Source of the DNA: Octopus vulgaris
Taxonomy: Eukaryota
NCBI GenBank assembly: GCA_951406725.2
Contig: OX597829.1
Location: forward strand, 37,014,001-37,078,000
Length of the DNA stretch: 64,000 nt
Reading direction: 5' to 3'
Shown here: positions 36,184-49,802 of the stretch, piece after piece
Position numbering within the stretch: the stretch's first letter is position 1
Layout of the letters: the number at the start of each line of letters is the position of its first letter
Program-made: the position numbers and the translations under genes
Notes under the pieces: generated by a model
What the model saw: only the letters and a program-made list of their open reading frames with translations
The model's database searches: none
What the model was told of the DNA's origin: nothing

Positions 36184-37396
36184 TGAGGGTTGACTAAAAA
36201 GTTCATAGGCTGACCAAGATACCATGGAATGTGACCAAATGAGGTTTATTTTTCAAAATAGTAGCCCTTGCTGTCTAACTTTTATCCATCAGAGTTGCAG
36301 TGCTTATATCCCATTGGTGAAGAAACTTTCATATTGTTTTCCAAAAATTCCTCAACAGCAGATATGTTTCTTCATTGTTTCTTCATGTTGGGGAACAAAT
36401 GAGTCAGATGGGGCCAAATCAGGAGAATAGGGAGGGTGATCAACAAGTTCAAAGTCACTGTCATAGAAACTAAGGGCTTATGTTTTGGAGTATTATCCTC
36501 ATGAAACAAGCTCCCTTTTGTCATTTTTCCTGGTTGTTTGCTCTTGACATCCTTTCATAACTGCCTCAGCAAGTTGGTGTAGTATTCTCCATTGATGGTG
36601 TGGCCTGTTTGAAGATAGTCAATAAACACAATGCCTTTTGCATCCCCTAAAACTGAGGCCATCACCTTCCCTGCAGATGAAATGACCTTAGCCTTCTTTG
36701 GAGCAGGCGAGAAGGGGTGTTGCTACAACATGGATTTTCTCTTTGTCTCTGGCTGAAAGTGACAAAACCAACACTCATCTTGTCTTAGGAAATATTCAAG
36801 GAAACCAGCTGGATCCGCCTCAGATTTTTTGTCATATGATCAGCCTGGTGCACCTTTGATTGGGTGTAAGAAGTTGTGGCACCCACTGATCTGAAATGTT
36901 CGTCATGCTAAGTTCAATGTACAGAATATTCTCAACCATGTCACAGAATATGCTAATTGCATTGGCTATTTGATTTATAATCAGTTGCCTGTCATCCATC
37001 ACCATGTGCTGAACATGATCAATATTTTCCTCTCTAGTGGCAGTTGCAGGACATCTTGACCATGGGTCATCTTCAAGACTTTCTCTTTCTTTCTTAAATT
37101 CAGTTGCCCATTTTTCCACTGTTGACAAAGCTGGAGCATCAACCCCCAATGTAGCAATCATGCAGCATGGATGTCCTTGGGGGATAAACTTGTTTTCTGC
37201 AGGTACTTGATAATACTACGATGCTAAATTTTGTCCATTTTCAAGAGGAATTAATTTTTGAAACTGTCAGATGTCAATTTACCTGGAAAGAAACAATGCA
37301 GTTACTGATAAAGAGTTGAAAATAACACATGCAAGATTTCATAGTTCTAGCATCACAACTTCATAGTCAGCCTATTAACTTTTCAGCCTACCTTCA
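36184..37396 (-). mobile_element. Full-length decayed mariner
   Basis: TA|TGAGGGTTGACTAAAAAGTTCATAGGCTGA...TCAGCCTATTAACTTTTCAGCCTACCTTCA|TA; ORF 36832-37161: TVEKWATEFK..ESLEDDPWSRCP...WVPQLLT; YSPDLAPSD at about 36403-36429. Confidence 0.92.
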
Positions 37397-37664
37397 TATT
37401 ATGTAGTTGTGTATAAATAATAGTCATAAATTATACCTATTATAGTAGGTGTAGCAAGTGTGAAATGAATGAATAATAGTAAATTTAATGCTAAGAGAAG
37501 CCTATGAATAATGTGTGTAAACCTGCAATCTACTGGCAAACCACGACAATCATTCTTATTCCTCACAGGCGCAGATGTATTCATGTAGTAATGATCCTAC
37601 TAAAAGAAGGCCTTCTAACCAACCACACACCTTCCCCTCCTGTGGATTCCAAGGCTGTAGGGCT

Positions 37665-40500
37665 GCAACTATAAATGTGGGCACGATGAAAGGTAGGTCT
37701 AGTGAGCTTGCGGAAATTCTTGAGTGGAAACATGTGGGTGTTTGCTGTCTGCAAGATCGTAAGGTTCTGCAACAAACTCCTTATGCAGAAAGGACAGAGA
37801 CAAATTTTTGTGGGGTTAAGTACCAGTGATGGCAGGAGTGGGATAGACATGCTGTAAGCTGAGAAATTAATAAAAAAGTAATTGAGGTAGTCAGAGTGTG
37901 TGTTAGGACAATCAAGATGAGACTATAGGCAGCTCAACAGTAACAATTATCTTGGCATACACTCCACAGGCAGGACTAATACAAGTGCAAAAGGACTGTT
38001 TCTACATGACTCTTCAGCAGGTTACCTTATTGACAGCTGATGGTGGACTTAATTATTGTGGCTGGTGACTTCAATGGTCATATTGGTCAACACTCCAATG
38101 GCTTCCATGACATACATAGAAATTACAGATAATGTGAGAGAAATGAGGAGGGTGTACAATTCCTTAGTTCAATGCAACGGATCTAACAATTTGCAACACA
38201 CTTTATGAAACCAGCCAACCACCTTATCACCTTCAAATCTGGAATACCTGCTAGTCAGATAGATTACATTCAGGAAAATACTTGAAACATTTATTATAAA
38301 TGCCAAAATCTTACCTGGTGAAGAATGCACTGCACACCACAGATAAGTAGTTAGTGACTTTAGAGTTAGAGCTAAGAAGACAGAAATGAACACGGGGAAG
38401 GAAGATATGAAAACTAAAGGATCTCGCTATTGGAAAGGGATTCAGTGAAATTCTAACTGACGCATATGACTGCAGGGAGATAGACACTTGTAACATAAAT
38501 GAAAACCAGGAATTCCTACAAAGTAACTTGCTCAGGGCCATTGAACAGACATATGACTAGAGCAAAGTCTCTACCAAACTGAACATAACATGGTAGAATG
38601 ATACAGTTGATAAGTGTATAAAGGCTAAAAAACAGGCATGGAAAATCTGGAAGGTAATAGGAAACATTATCAAATAAGGGCAGCTAGGTGACAGGTATAT
38701 TTGACTAAAAGTGAGGCAGAGAGGAAGAAATTTACACATGTCTTGCAGTATGAGGATCAAAGAAATGAAGTGTTCATGAATGTAAGGCAGTGTGAGAGAG
38801 AACTGTGATGTCACTGGTGAGAGATGTATTTGGAATGATGACAGCGTTCTTACTACTGATATGTAGGATAAAGAAGCATGGAAGTGCTATTATGAGAGGC
38901 TGTTGAATGTGGAGAATACATGGGATGAAGAGGAACCAACTATTCAAGTTGACAGCAACATAGTAGATAAGATAATAAAGGAGATGGAGGGTGGGAAAGC
39001 TGCAGGTCCATCTGGAATAGGTGCAGACATGCTCAAAATATCTGGTGAGGTAGGGTACAGGATTACCACTCTGATAGTAAAATCAAGTCCTACAAGAGAG
39101 AGTCGTACCTAGTGACTGGCATAGTAGTATCATTATAAACTACTACAAAGGCAAAGGAGATGCCTTAGAGAGAAGCAGTTATAGAGGAATTAAATTACTT
39201 GAAGGACACAGAGAATCTTTGCATTACTGATTTGTAACAGGATAGATCTAGATGAGATGGAGTTTGGTTTTGTGCCTAGAAGAGGCATCACAGAAAGAAT
39301 CTTCTAGTAGAAATACATGGTTAAGTAAATCATCATTGCTGGCATTTGTTTATCTGGAGAAGGCTTTTGACAGGGTACCATGTACAGTAATGTGGTGGTT
39401 ACTAAAGAGGTTAGATATTGATGAATGGCTTGTGAGAGCTGTGCAAGCCATGTAAAAAGCTACAGTAAGTGAAGTGGAAGTCAACAATGACATCATCGAC
39501 AAATTTAGTGTGAATTTACTGCGTCTTGATGGAATCAGTTCTCATCTCCTTCCTGTTCATCATAATCCTACAACCCACCACAGACGACTTTAAGAGTGGC
39601 TGTCCATGGAAACTCTTATATGCTGATGACCTAGTTCTTAGAGCTGGCACCAAAGGGGAATTAGAGAAAAAATTCCAGGAACGGAAGTTTATTTGGAATT
39701 GAGAGATCTTCAATTAAACCTAGAAAAGATAAAGGTTTTAGTAAGTAGGAAAGGAAACAGGTCTGTGGTACCTTCAGGGATATGGCCTTGCTCAGTATAC
39801 AGAAATGGAGTTGGTATAAACTCCATATGCTGTACTCAATGTAGGCTGTGGACATATGAAAGATGCAATGCAATCATTGGCAAACTTTCTGGAAATGTAG
39901 GCTTCATATGTGGTAGATGCAGTGAAGTTTGTACTAGCACACTGGAAATTGAAACTCTTAAATGTCCCAATGGTTCACTAGAAGCAGTTAATTGTTTTGT
40001 TACTTAGGAGATGTAATTAGCAAGGGAGGTAGCTGCTCTGAAAACAAAACTGGCTAGAAAAAAGTTCAGAGAATTACTTCCGCTGCTGGCAACAAAGGTC
40101 TCAGAGTGAAAGGCAGATTATATGATGCTTATACTAGAACTACAATGCTGCATGATAGTGTGACCGGGGCTTTGAATGCAGAGGACATGCAAAGACTGAA
40201 AAAAGAAAAAAAAAGGAAGCAAGCATGCTCAGTTGAATGTGCTATGTAAGTGCGTGGATATCATAGTATAAATGTGCTGAGAGAAAGACTAGGCATATGA
40301 GAGATCAGAAGTAATGTGGAAGTAAGAAGACTGCACTGGTATGAACATGTCGTGTACATGGGTGAGGGCAGTTGTATAAAAATGTGCTGATCACTAAAAG
40401 TGGAAGGAGCCTGGGAATAAGGAAGACACGTGGTGATGGTTCACCTCTGGAACCTGAGCCTCACTGAGAAAATAACAAGGGGCTGGGATATCTGGAAAAA
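37665..40500 (+). mobile_element. Near full-length decayed RTE LINE (APE-RT)
   Basis: ATINVGTMKGRS..VCCLQ, AGDFNGHIG, KAAGPSG, YRGIKLL, FVYLEKAFDRVP, LLYADDLVL, Cys/His-rich insert, RRLHWY.HV; many stops and frameshifts. Confidence 0.93.
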
Positions 40501-40587
40501 GGATACTTGGCAAAACAATATCTTATGAAAACCTGTCCATTATGATGAAACCGACTTCTAGAAGCACTGAGTGGGAATATATTGTAT

Positions 40588-41214
40588 TTATATATGTATG
40601 TATGTATATATATGTGTGTGTGTGTGTATATGTATATATATGTATGTGTATATGTATATATATATGTATATATGTATATATATATGTATAAGTATATATG
40701 TGTATATATATATGTATAAGTATATATGTATATATATATAAGTATATATGTATGTATATGTATATATGTATATATTTATATGTATATGTATATATGTACA
40801 TGTATATGTATACATGTATATATATATGTATATGTATACATGTATATATATATGTATATGTATATATATATATGTATGTATATATATATATGTATGTATA
40901 TATGTATATATGTATATATGTATATATATATGTATATGTATATATGTATATGTATGTATATATATATATGTATATATATATGTATGTATGTATATATGTA
41001 TATATATATGTATGTATATATATGTATATATATATATATATGTATATGTATATATGTATGTATATATATATGTATATGTATATATGTATGTATATGTATA
41101 TGTATATGTATGTATATATATATATGTATGTATATATGTATAGATGTATTTATAAATATATATATGTATATATACATATATATGTATATATACATATATA
41201 TGTATATATACATA

Positions 41215-41260
<46 letters not shown>
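40588..41260. repeat. (TA)n/(TATG)n microsatellite
   Basis: Direct observation. Confidence 0.97.
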
Positions 41261-41262
<2 letters not shown>

Positions 41263-41264
41263 TA

Positions 41265-41895
41265 CAGGGGTTGGACAAAATAATGGAAACACATTAAAAT
41301 TTAAAACAAATTTATTTTAATATTGGGTAGGACTGCCTTTGGCAGTAATTACAGCTTGAGTTATATGAGATATAGACTTATACAAAGTTTGAATTATTTC
41401 CAAAGGAATTTTTGTCCATTCTTCAGCTAACACAGTCTCCACTTCTTGTAGTGATGATGGTGGAGGATATCGACTCCTTACTTGTTTTTCTAAAATGCAC
41501 CATAAATGTTCAATAATATTGAGATCTGGGGACTGTGGTGGCCAGATAAGACATTCAGCTTCACTAGAATGTTCCTCAAGCTATTCAGTCTGTGTGAATT
41601 GGTGCATTATTATCCTGAAAGATTGCGTTTCCCTCCAGAAACAGTTCCGCAACCATAGGATGAATTTGATCAGATAAAACACTTAAATAGTCTTGACTAT
41701 TAATTCTGCCAAGAAGGGAAACCATTGGGCTGGCAGATTTCCAAGATATAGTCCCTCCAGATCATCACAGATCCTCTTCCATGCTTGACAGTTGGAAGAA
41801 GGCAGTCTGAGTCAAATGCTTCTTTTGGCTATCTCCACATGTATACTCGGCCAGTGGTTGGAAATAAGGTAAAAGATGACTCGTCCAAGAAAATA
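41265..41895 (-). mobile_element. Tc1-like transposon, 3' half
   Basis: TA|CAGGGGTTGGACAAAATAATGGAAACAC Tc1-type TIR; minus strand FQDNNAPIH...WPPQSPDLNII. Confidence 0.85.
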
Positions 41896-41897
41896 AC

Positions 41898-41939
<42 letters not shown>

Positions 41940-41982
41940 GTATATATATACAAATTGTTTAAATTATATATAATGATAGAAA

Positions 41983-43510
41983 TCACTTATATGAACTAAA
42001 GATGTGTTTTTGCCAATGTTTACATCGATATGCATGCTCTATAACCGTGTCTACAAGGGGATTTTTAGAAAAAAGAATAAAATATAGTTCAGAATTACAG
42101 AAATGACAGAATTCCTTGCCTTTGTCATAAGGTATTGAGATTGAGAGAATCAGCCAGTCTAAATTAAATTGTTTATTGTGGTCTTTTAGATCCCAAATTA
42201 ATTTACTGAGCCCTGTACTGTTACATTTATTCCTATCCCTAAATGTCGAGTAATGATTAGAAATCCTTCTAGATAACTGTAAAGACATGCTTCCAATATA
42301 AAAATATACTTGATTATAAGTAGTAATTTTACACTGGTATATAGAATTTTTAATTTTAGAGTTACTTGACATAAACTTGATTCTTTTGGAATTGACTTCA
42401 GATACAATAACCTTGTTATTAATGTTTGTAGAGGGATGGATGGTATTAGCTAAATTAATATTAGTATTAATAGATGTATTAATATTTAACAGGTTGTTGT
42501 TATGTGAAGAGATAATTTGTAAGAGATTTTTAGTGTTGGAAAAACCAATCCTACCCGTATGAAAGTTGATAATAGAGTAATACCTAAAATTCTTTGGAAA
42601 ATTCCTAAAATAGCTTCACGAAACTGCAATGGGAAATTAGATTTAATTTGCCTCCTGTATGGAATAATTAACCAAATGGTTTTACTACCAGTTATCTTAT
42701 TTTTAGTGTAATTATTTTTGAAAGACTTAAATTTACCTTTAGAATGATAATAGGGGATTAAATAAGGGTTATCTCCCTTCCTCCGTTTTGTTTTGGTGTA
42801 TAAATTAAAATTGATATCGTTAATTTCTTTACAACTAGATTTCATATCTACATTAGTAAAGTTAGAATAAGATTGAATGGAATCAATGTGGATAATTTTC
42901 TCTGTATAACCTGCTTTAAGTAAGGCAGAGTTATAAAATTCAGCATTATCATTGAAAATGTCAGCATTAGCAGATAACTTATATAATCTAAATGAAATAT
43001 TCTTAACTAAGTTCCTAGTAATTGCCCTAGAATTACTGAATTTGCTAATATACTTAAGATTGGTCGATTGTTTATGGTGTGGGAAGTAAGAATTATTGTA
43101 TAAGTTAAGTGTAATATCTAAAAAGTTGACCTTCGTTACATCATCATCATCAAAAACAATGCTTAAGCCCATTCTACGGAAAAATTTAACTAAACTATTC
43201 TTAACTGTTTGTACCTTTTGGTTGGAAACATTTTGAAGGTAAAGTAAATAATCATCACAATATAGACCTCCATTAATGTTTGGGAACTGTTCTGCCATTT
43301 CAAAAAGTGTATATACACAGACTACATCAGCTATTGGTCGATTGTTTATGGTGTGTCTTTACGGACCCATGACTTATTGTCAAATTTTATAATAGATTTT
43401 CTGGTTGCCAACACAACATTAATTTCTTCCCTGGTGAGACCAGCTTTGTTATGATCAAGCCAAAGTGCCTTATTAAGTACTATTGGGTTGATGGATAAAT
43501 AAAAATTATG
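41983..43510 (-). mobile_element. Penelope-like element (RT C-half + GIY-YIG)
   Basis: ORFs 42486-43298 (GGLYCDD, VNFLDITLNL) and 41983-42372 (SIYQCKI...YFYIGS, RISNHYSTF, CHFCNSE, CKH). Confidence 0.92.
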
Positions 43511-43529
43511 ACAAAGGGAAGGAATTCTG

Positions 43530-44460
43530 TCTTCTCTGTAATTGGTCTGTGGCACTCAGCAAGCTGTCCCGTAGGAATTTCCATCTACCTTCTATGTCCA
43601 ATGTCTGTAGCTCCTCCTTCCTCTCATCAAATTTCTTGATGAGGATGTCCCTAAATCTCTGACCACATGAAGGGTTCTTTAGCTTCCAAATCCTTCTTTT
43701 TTGGATTGGTTTGCTTCTTGGTATCCTTCTGGCCTCAAGCCTAAAGTCACTAATGACTAGCCTATACTGGTGGATAAACTCTTCACCCGGGAGTATCTTT
43801 GTATTTAAGAGCAACCCTGCGTCCCACTGTCTGGTGAGGATGAAATCAATCTGGCTAGCAGAGTCCCCTGGTTGATAGGTTATAAGGTGGCTGTCTGGCT
43901 TCCTGAAGTTAGTGTTACAGATTAAAAGGTTACATGCACCACAGAACTCCAGTAGCCTAGTTCACTCATCGTTTCGAGTGCCAATACCATGGCCACCGTG
44001 TACCCCAGTGAAGATACTAGATTCCTGCCCATGTCCATTAAAGTCTCCAGCCACAATGGTGAGGTCATTGCCACTCGTCTTTGAGGTAGCCTGTAGAAGG
44101 GTATCATAAAAGTGGTCCTTCTGATCATTTGGTAGTGCCTCATGTGGGGCGTAGGCGGAGATAATTGTAGCTGTGCCATTCTGTAGGTCTAGCTTGAGCT
44201 TAAGCACTCTATCGCATACCCTGGCAACCTCTATGACCTTATCCACCCATTTCTCTGCAAGGAGTATGCCTACATCCCCTACACCATCCATGTTACTTTG
44301 CCAGAAGACTTTATACCTATGTGCCATGCCTGTGAGGACCCTAGCTGAAGCACCTCTCCATCTTACCTCTTGTATGCAGCATACATCAACCCTTCTACTT
44401 TCAAGCATCTCTACAATCTCACTAGACCTACCTTTCAGTGTGCCAACTCTGAAAACTGGG
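43530..44460 (-). mobile_element. RTE LINE endonuclease fragment
   Basis: ORF 43962-44549: VGTLKGRSSEIVEMLE..VDVCCIQEVRW, ISAYAP, AGDFNGH; ORF 43506-43814: HQYRLVISDF. Confidence 0.92.
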
Positions 44461-44469
44461 AAGGTAATG

Positions 44470-46045
44470 TGGGGTGAGGTTTGGGGATGAAGGATGTTAA
44501 TCAGCGCCTGAAAAGAAGAGTGTTGTTTTGATATTCGTTTTTTAAGCATGCTTCATCTGATCTCTCTTCCGACCTGACAACATTCAAGTATTCAAGTATG
44601 TTAAGATTGTTGCCCTTACTGGAGGTAGGAGCCGGTGTTTGCAGTGTTGTAAGCATAAGCATTATGGTCATTGAATGATGTAGATTTAAGCGGTGTAGCA
44701 GGAATATGGATATTCCAATGTTAGCTTAGGAGGGTGTCAGCTGAAAACTGGTTGTGTCTGTCGAAGTAGAGGGGGATTGCAGGTATAATGGAGGGTACCA
44801 CCTGCAAGAAAGGGTTCAGACAGAGAGAAAGGAAGCAAGCTCTCTCCTACATTCCTACATATGCACCCACACACAGGAACAAGCATGCATAGACAGCCGA
44901 ATAGCTTTTATCTTTGCTTCACAAGGCCAAGGAAATGGGTAGTTGTTCGCATATTTCTAAACAATGAAAATGGAACGAAAGATAGCCAAACCTGGTTGTT
45001 TGTCCCAGGAGAGAGGTAGAGAAAGGGAGGAAGTGATGTAGAGAAAGAGAGGGAGATAGGTAGAGAAAGAGAGGTAGAGAGTGAGAGAGAGAGAAAGAGA
45101 GAGTACAGGTAATACAGGGAACAGCACCAGTGAGGAGCTGGAGTTGGGAGAAGTGATAACTGGTAGGGGTGGTGACAAATTTCTAGACAGAATGAAATGT
45201 AAGATAGCACCAGTGAGGAGGGGGAACTGGGAGAAGAGATAACCGGTAGGTTGTGGTGTCAGATTTCTAAACAGAATGAAACGTAAGATAACCAGTTAAG
45301 TGGGTGGGCTGATGAGCAGCTGTGCTGGCTGCATTTGTCCTAGGAGAGAGAGAAGTGCAGGTAATATATGGAGAATAGCCCATTGAGGAGGAGAGGTTGG
45401 AAGAATAGACACAGGTAATGGTTGTGGGAGAAGGGATATCCGGTGTAGATGGTGCAAACCGTCCACACCATGCTAGCATGGAAAAAGGACATTAAACGAT
45501 AATGATGATGATATCTTCTACAATGGGTTTGTAGAGTGCACATGAACCCAGGACAGCAGTTACAAGTGGGTGTATTTTGGGAATTATTTTCAGGAATGGT
45601 AGAGGTAATACTATCAGAGGAGAGGTTAGAGATGGGGGGTAGAAAGGTCTATGTTATTAGTATTATTAATGCTATTAATATTATTGTTATTATTGCTACC
45701 GTTGTTGTTAATTATTCTATTTGTAAGGGTAGTGGAAGTTGTGGTAGATTTCTGGGTAGTGTTAGTAGGATGGGTTGGGTTATGGATGTGGTCTAATGTA
45801 TGGGGTTCAATGCTGGAGCTGTGTACTTGTTGGGCACTCGTGTATTTAGAGTTGTTATAGTGTGAGTTATGATTATAGAGAGAAAGCTTTTGTTTATTAG
45901 AGGCTGCTATAATGGATTCGAAGTTAGGTGGGATGGAATAGGATAGCTTCAGGGTGGATCTATTAAAGATAGAGTAATATTTATGTTGACGAAGGAAGTT
46001 GGAGTCCAGTATATTAAAGAAGTATATTAAAGAATATATCATTCG
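44470..46045 (-). mobile_element. Penelope-like fragment with low-complexity insertions
   Basis: ORF 45626-46042: HKYYSIFNRSTLKLSYS..NFESIIAASN; LKKRISKQHSSF near 44510-44549. Confidence 0.65.
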
Positions 46046-46099
46046 GACAGTGCTGATGGAATATTTTCCACATCATACAGATAATGTAGTGTTCACGGT

Positions 46100-48280
46100 G
46101 TCATTGGAGTGAATACAGTTTCAGCTTTTCTAGTTGACCCCAGTAGTCAAGGTCTGACATGCCATCTATCTTTTTCATGATTGACCTTTGGGGAGCTTCA
46201 ATTTTCATATTTTGTTTCATGTAGGGAGACCACAGTGGACAGCAGTATTCAAGGTGGGGTCGGGCAAAAGTGAAGAAGAGAAGGATAATGGTGTGGGAAT
46301 CTCTCAACTGGAAGGTTCTGAGAATCCAGGAACACATTCTTCGGGCCATGTCAACTTTGCTGCTTATATGTGTAGCCCAGCTTATGTTGTTGTCCACAGT
46401 TACTACCAAGTCTCTGATGTTGTTAGACGCCATGAGAATTTCACCAGAAGGAAGGGAGTATGGGAGTTTCAGAGCGTCCTCCCTTCCAAAGTGGATCAGT
46501 TCGAATTTGTCTTCGTTTAGCAACATGTTCTTTTCCGCCCCTTGGACAACAGCCAGTAGGTCTAACTGAAGGCTTATCCGGTCATCCATGCCATTGATGA
46601 CCTTCTGGAGCTTGGAATCATCAGCGAACATTCTGATGTTACTGTGTTTGATGATATCAGTAATGTCATTAATGTAGATGATGAAGAGAAGTGGGCCCAA
46701 CACAATGCCTTGTGGGACACCACTACTAACTTTTGCTGGGCTGGATTTGACTCCTTCGACTACAACATGTTGGGTTCTGTTTGACAGGAAGCACTTGATC
46801 CACTGCAGCAGATTTCCAGTGATACCAATATTGGACAGCTTTCTTAAAAGGATCTTATGATCAACCCTGTCAAAGGCCTTGCTGAAATCAAGGTAGATAA
46901 CAAAGCTCTCAAAATGTCATCAAAATGATGCAGTAGCTGTGTCAGGCAATCCCTTCCATTACAGAATCCATGCTGGTTGAAGTTCAGCATTCGCAATCTC
47001 AAGGAAGTCAGTCATTTGCGATCTCACCACTCTCTCAAATACCTTAATGATATGAAAGGTGAGTGAGATTGGACGGTAATTCACGGCCAGGGATTTGTTT
47101 CCTTTTTTGAAAACTGGGGCATCCAGTGAGTTCCGCCACGGATTGGCTAGAGGGGGTGCAGGTTGGTGTTAACACATCTTCAAGACATAAACAGGGAACC
47201 TATTGGGACCTACTGCTGAATTATGCTTGATTTCCTTTATTGCTGCTAAGACATCAGGGGTGCCAAAGGTTATGTCCGATAAAGTGTATTGGGGAGTAAC
47301 ATCACTGATACAGCCCAGATCAGTCATATCAGGATTGTTGAAAACAGAGCAGTATTGTTTCTGCAGCATCTCTCCCAAAGTTTTGCCATTGTCTTGAAGA
47401 GTACCATTTTCATCAATCAGAGGGCCAACAGTAGAGCCAGTGACTTAGTGTGTTTTTTTGCAAATGAAAAGAACACTTTGGGATTAAATTTTATCTTCTC
47501 AATGGCCCAGGCCTCTTCAGCTCTTCTCTGACTATTGATGATAGACATCATGTTGTTTTGGAGGTTATGTTTTTTAATCTCTAGTGATGTGATGGCAGTC
47601 AGTGTGTTGCTGTTGACAATATTTCAGCTTGTTGATTTTTTTGTTAATTCTTTTAATTTTCCTGATGAGAGTTTTTCTATTTCTAGGGATTCTGCACTTA
47701 GATTTGTTTGCAGATCTTATTGGGGGGTGTTTTGCACATATGTTGGTAATGGTATCTACAAATGACTTCCAAGACTTTTTTATGTTAGTGGGTGTGTATG
47801 TGTGCGTGAAGGACCAATTGACTTGTGCAAGATCATTATTGATCGCTTCCCAGTTTGCGTTGTGGAAATCCATAGTGTCAAATGGATGGACAGGTGGGAT
47901 GTTTTGCATTTGGCCGGTGAAATCTCAGATCACAGAGAACCATGTCGTGATCAGAAAGTAGAGTTTTCTCCACTGCAATATTGTGGATAGTGTCAGTGTG
48001 ATTGCTGAAAATTAGGTCTAGGACGTTTTTGTGACATCTCGTTGGTTTGAGCACCAGTTAGGACAGGAAGAAATCATCCATGAAGTCAAGAAGCGATTTC
48101 ACTGCCTCCTTGTCAGGGGTTGAGACATAAAAACCTGGCAGCAGACTGTTTGTAGACCAGTCAGCCCCAGGGAGGTTGAAGTCCCCCATCATTAAGATGT
48201 TGTCTGGTTGACATTACTGGATGAAACACTTTATGTTGTTGAGGCATTACTTGAAGCATGGTAGGGGCGTTTGGGGTGGT
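46100..48280 (-). mobile_element. CR1-like LINE (APE + RT), decayed
   Basis: MGDFNLP, NVLDLIF, LSDHD, NYRPISLT, YLDFSKAFDRV, GVPQGIVLGPLLF, FADD, LEYCCPLWSP. Confidence 0.93.
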
Positions 48281-48376
48281 CTGTAGAGCCCAACTACTAT
48301 TAAGTTGTTGGTTTGACATATGTTGGTATGTATATGTATTCATATATATATATGTACATATAGTCATATGTATATT

Positions 48377-48440
<64 letters not shown>

Positions 48441-48526
48441 TATAGTCATATATATATATGTACATATATAATATATTCAATAATATATATAATATATTCA
48501 TACATATATATATATATACATATATA

Positions 48527-48570
<44 letters not shown>

Positions 48571-48641
48571 CATATATTATATATATATATATATATGTAC
48601 ATATAGTCATATATGTATATTCATACATATATATACATATA

Positions 48642-48677
<36 letters not shown>

Positions 48678-48731
48678 TATAGTCATATGTATATTCATAT
48701 ATATGTACATATAGTCATATGTATATTCATA

Positions 48732-48775
<44 letters not shown>

Positions 48776-48830
48776 GTCATATGTATATTCATATATATGT
48801 ATATATATATATATATATATGTACATATAG

Positions 48831-49588
48831 TATATTAATAGTTATCGCCATACTTATATGGCAGTCTATAAATAAGACTTTATCGATGCAGCGTAGTCAG
48901 AACCAGCAGGTGTCTCTACTGACCGTCTGTTCGAAGATTTTATTTACCTAGTTACAGTGGAATACATCTACTTGTTTTCAATAATAGAAATATTAAAATT
49001 ACTAAGTCTCTCTAAAGGAGATTACGGCAGCGTTACTGGATATTAATAGTTATCGCCATACTTCACCTTGCTAGTCAGACATCTTAATAGTTATCGCCAT
49101 ACTTCACCTTGCTAGTCAGACATCTGCAGACATGTTTCAGGGTTGTTACCCTTTATTAATATCCAGTAATGCTGCCGTAATCTCCTTTAGAGAGACTTAG
49201 TAATTTTAATATTTCTATTATTGAAAACAAGTGGATGTATTCCACAGTAACTAGGTAAATAAAATCTTCGAACAGAGGGTCAGTAGCGACACCTGCTGGT
49301 TCTGACTACGCTGCATTGATAAAGGGCAACAACCCTGAAACATGTCTGCAGATGTCTGACTAGCAAGGTGAAGCGGCTGACCTCCCCTGTTTGAAGGTTG
49401 TAATGGACGCAGGTTCATGTGTCATATAGCTAGCTAGAGGCGACGGCCTCTTGGAGCTAATCAGCGATCAGCGACAGCTTTAGTCTTATTTATAGACTGC
49501 CATATTAGTATGGCGATAACTATTAATATCCAGTAACGCTGCCGTAATCTCCTTTAGAGAGACTTAGTAATTTTAATATTTCTATTAT
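48831..49588 (+). mobile_element. Retrozyme-like non-coding element: 367-bp monomer (1.2 copies) with a hammerhead, preceded by scrambled inverted fragments
   Basis: Direct repeats 49154-49221 and 49521-49588 (period 367); 48831-49154 is made of reverse-complement pieces of the same monomer; no ORF in the supplied track. Confidence 0.75.
49311..49351 (+). ncRNA. Compact type I hammerhead ribozyme with U3-A8 core variant
   Basis: CTGCA-TTGATAA-AGGG-CAACAA-CCCT-GAAA-CATG-TC-TGCAG: perfect stems I and II, palindromic ACATGT stem III, GUC cleavage triplet. Confidence 0.85.
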
Positions 49589-49614
49589 GTACATATAGTC
49601 ATATATGTATATTC

Positions 49615-49645
<31 letters not shown>

Positions 49646-49659
49646 TATAGTCATATGTA

Positions 49660-49697
<38 letters not shown>

Positions 49698-49715
49698 TAT
49701 ATATGTACATATATG

Positions 49716-49762
<47 letters not shown>

Positions 49763-49802
49763 TATATATGTACATATATTCATATATATATATATATGTA
49801 AA

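Larger units (their letters stand above)
48325..49800. repeat. (TA)n-based minisatellite (GTACATATAGTCATATGTATATTCAT) interrupted by a retrozyme-like insert
   Basis: Motif recurs on both sides of 48831-49588. Confidence 0.9.
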
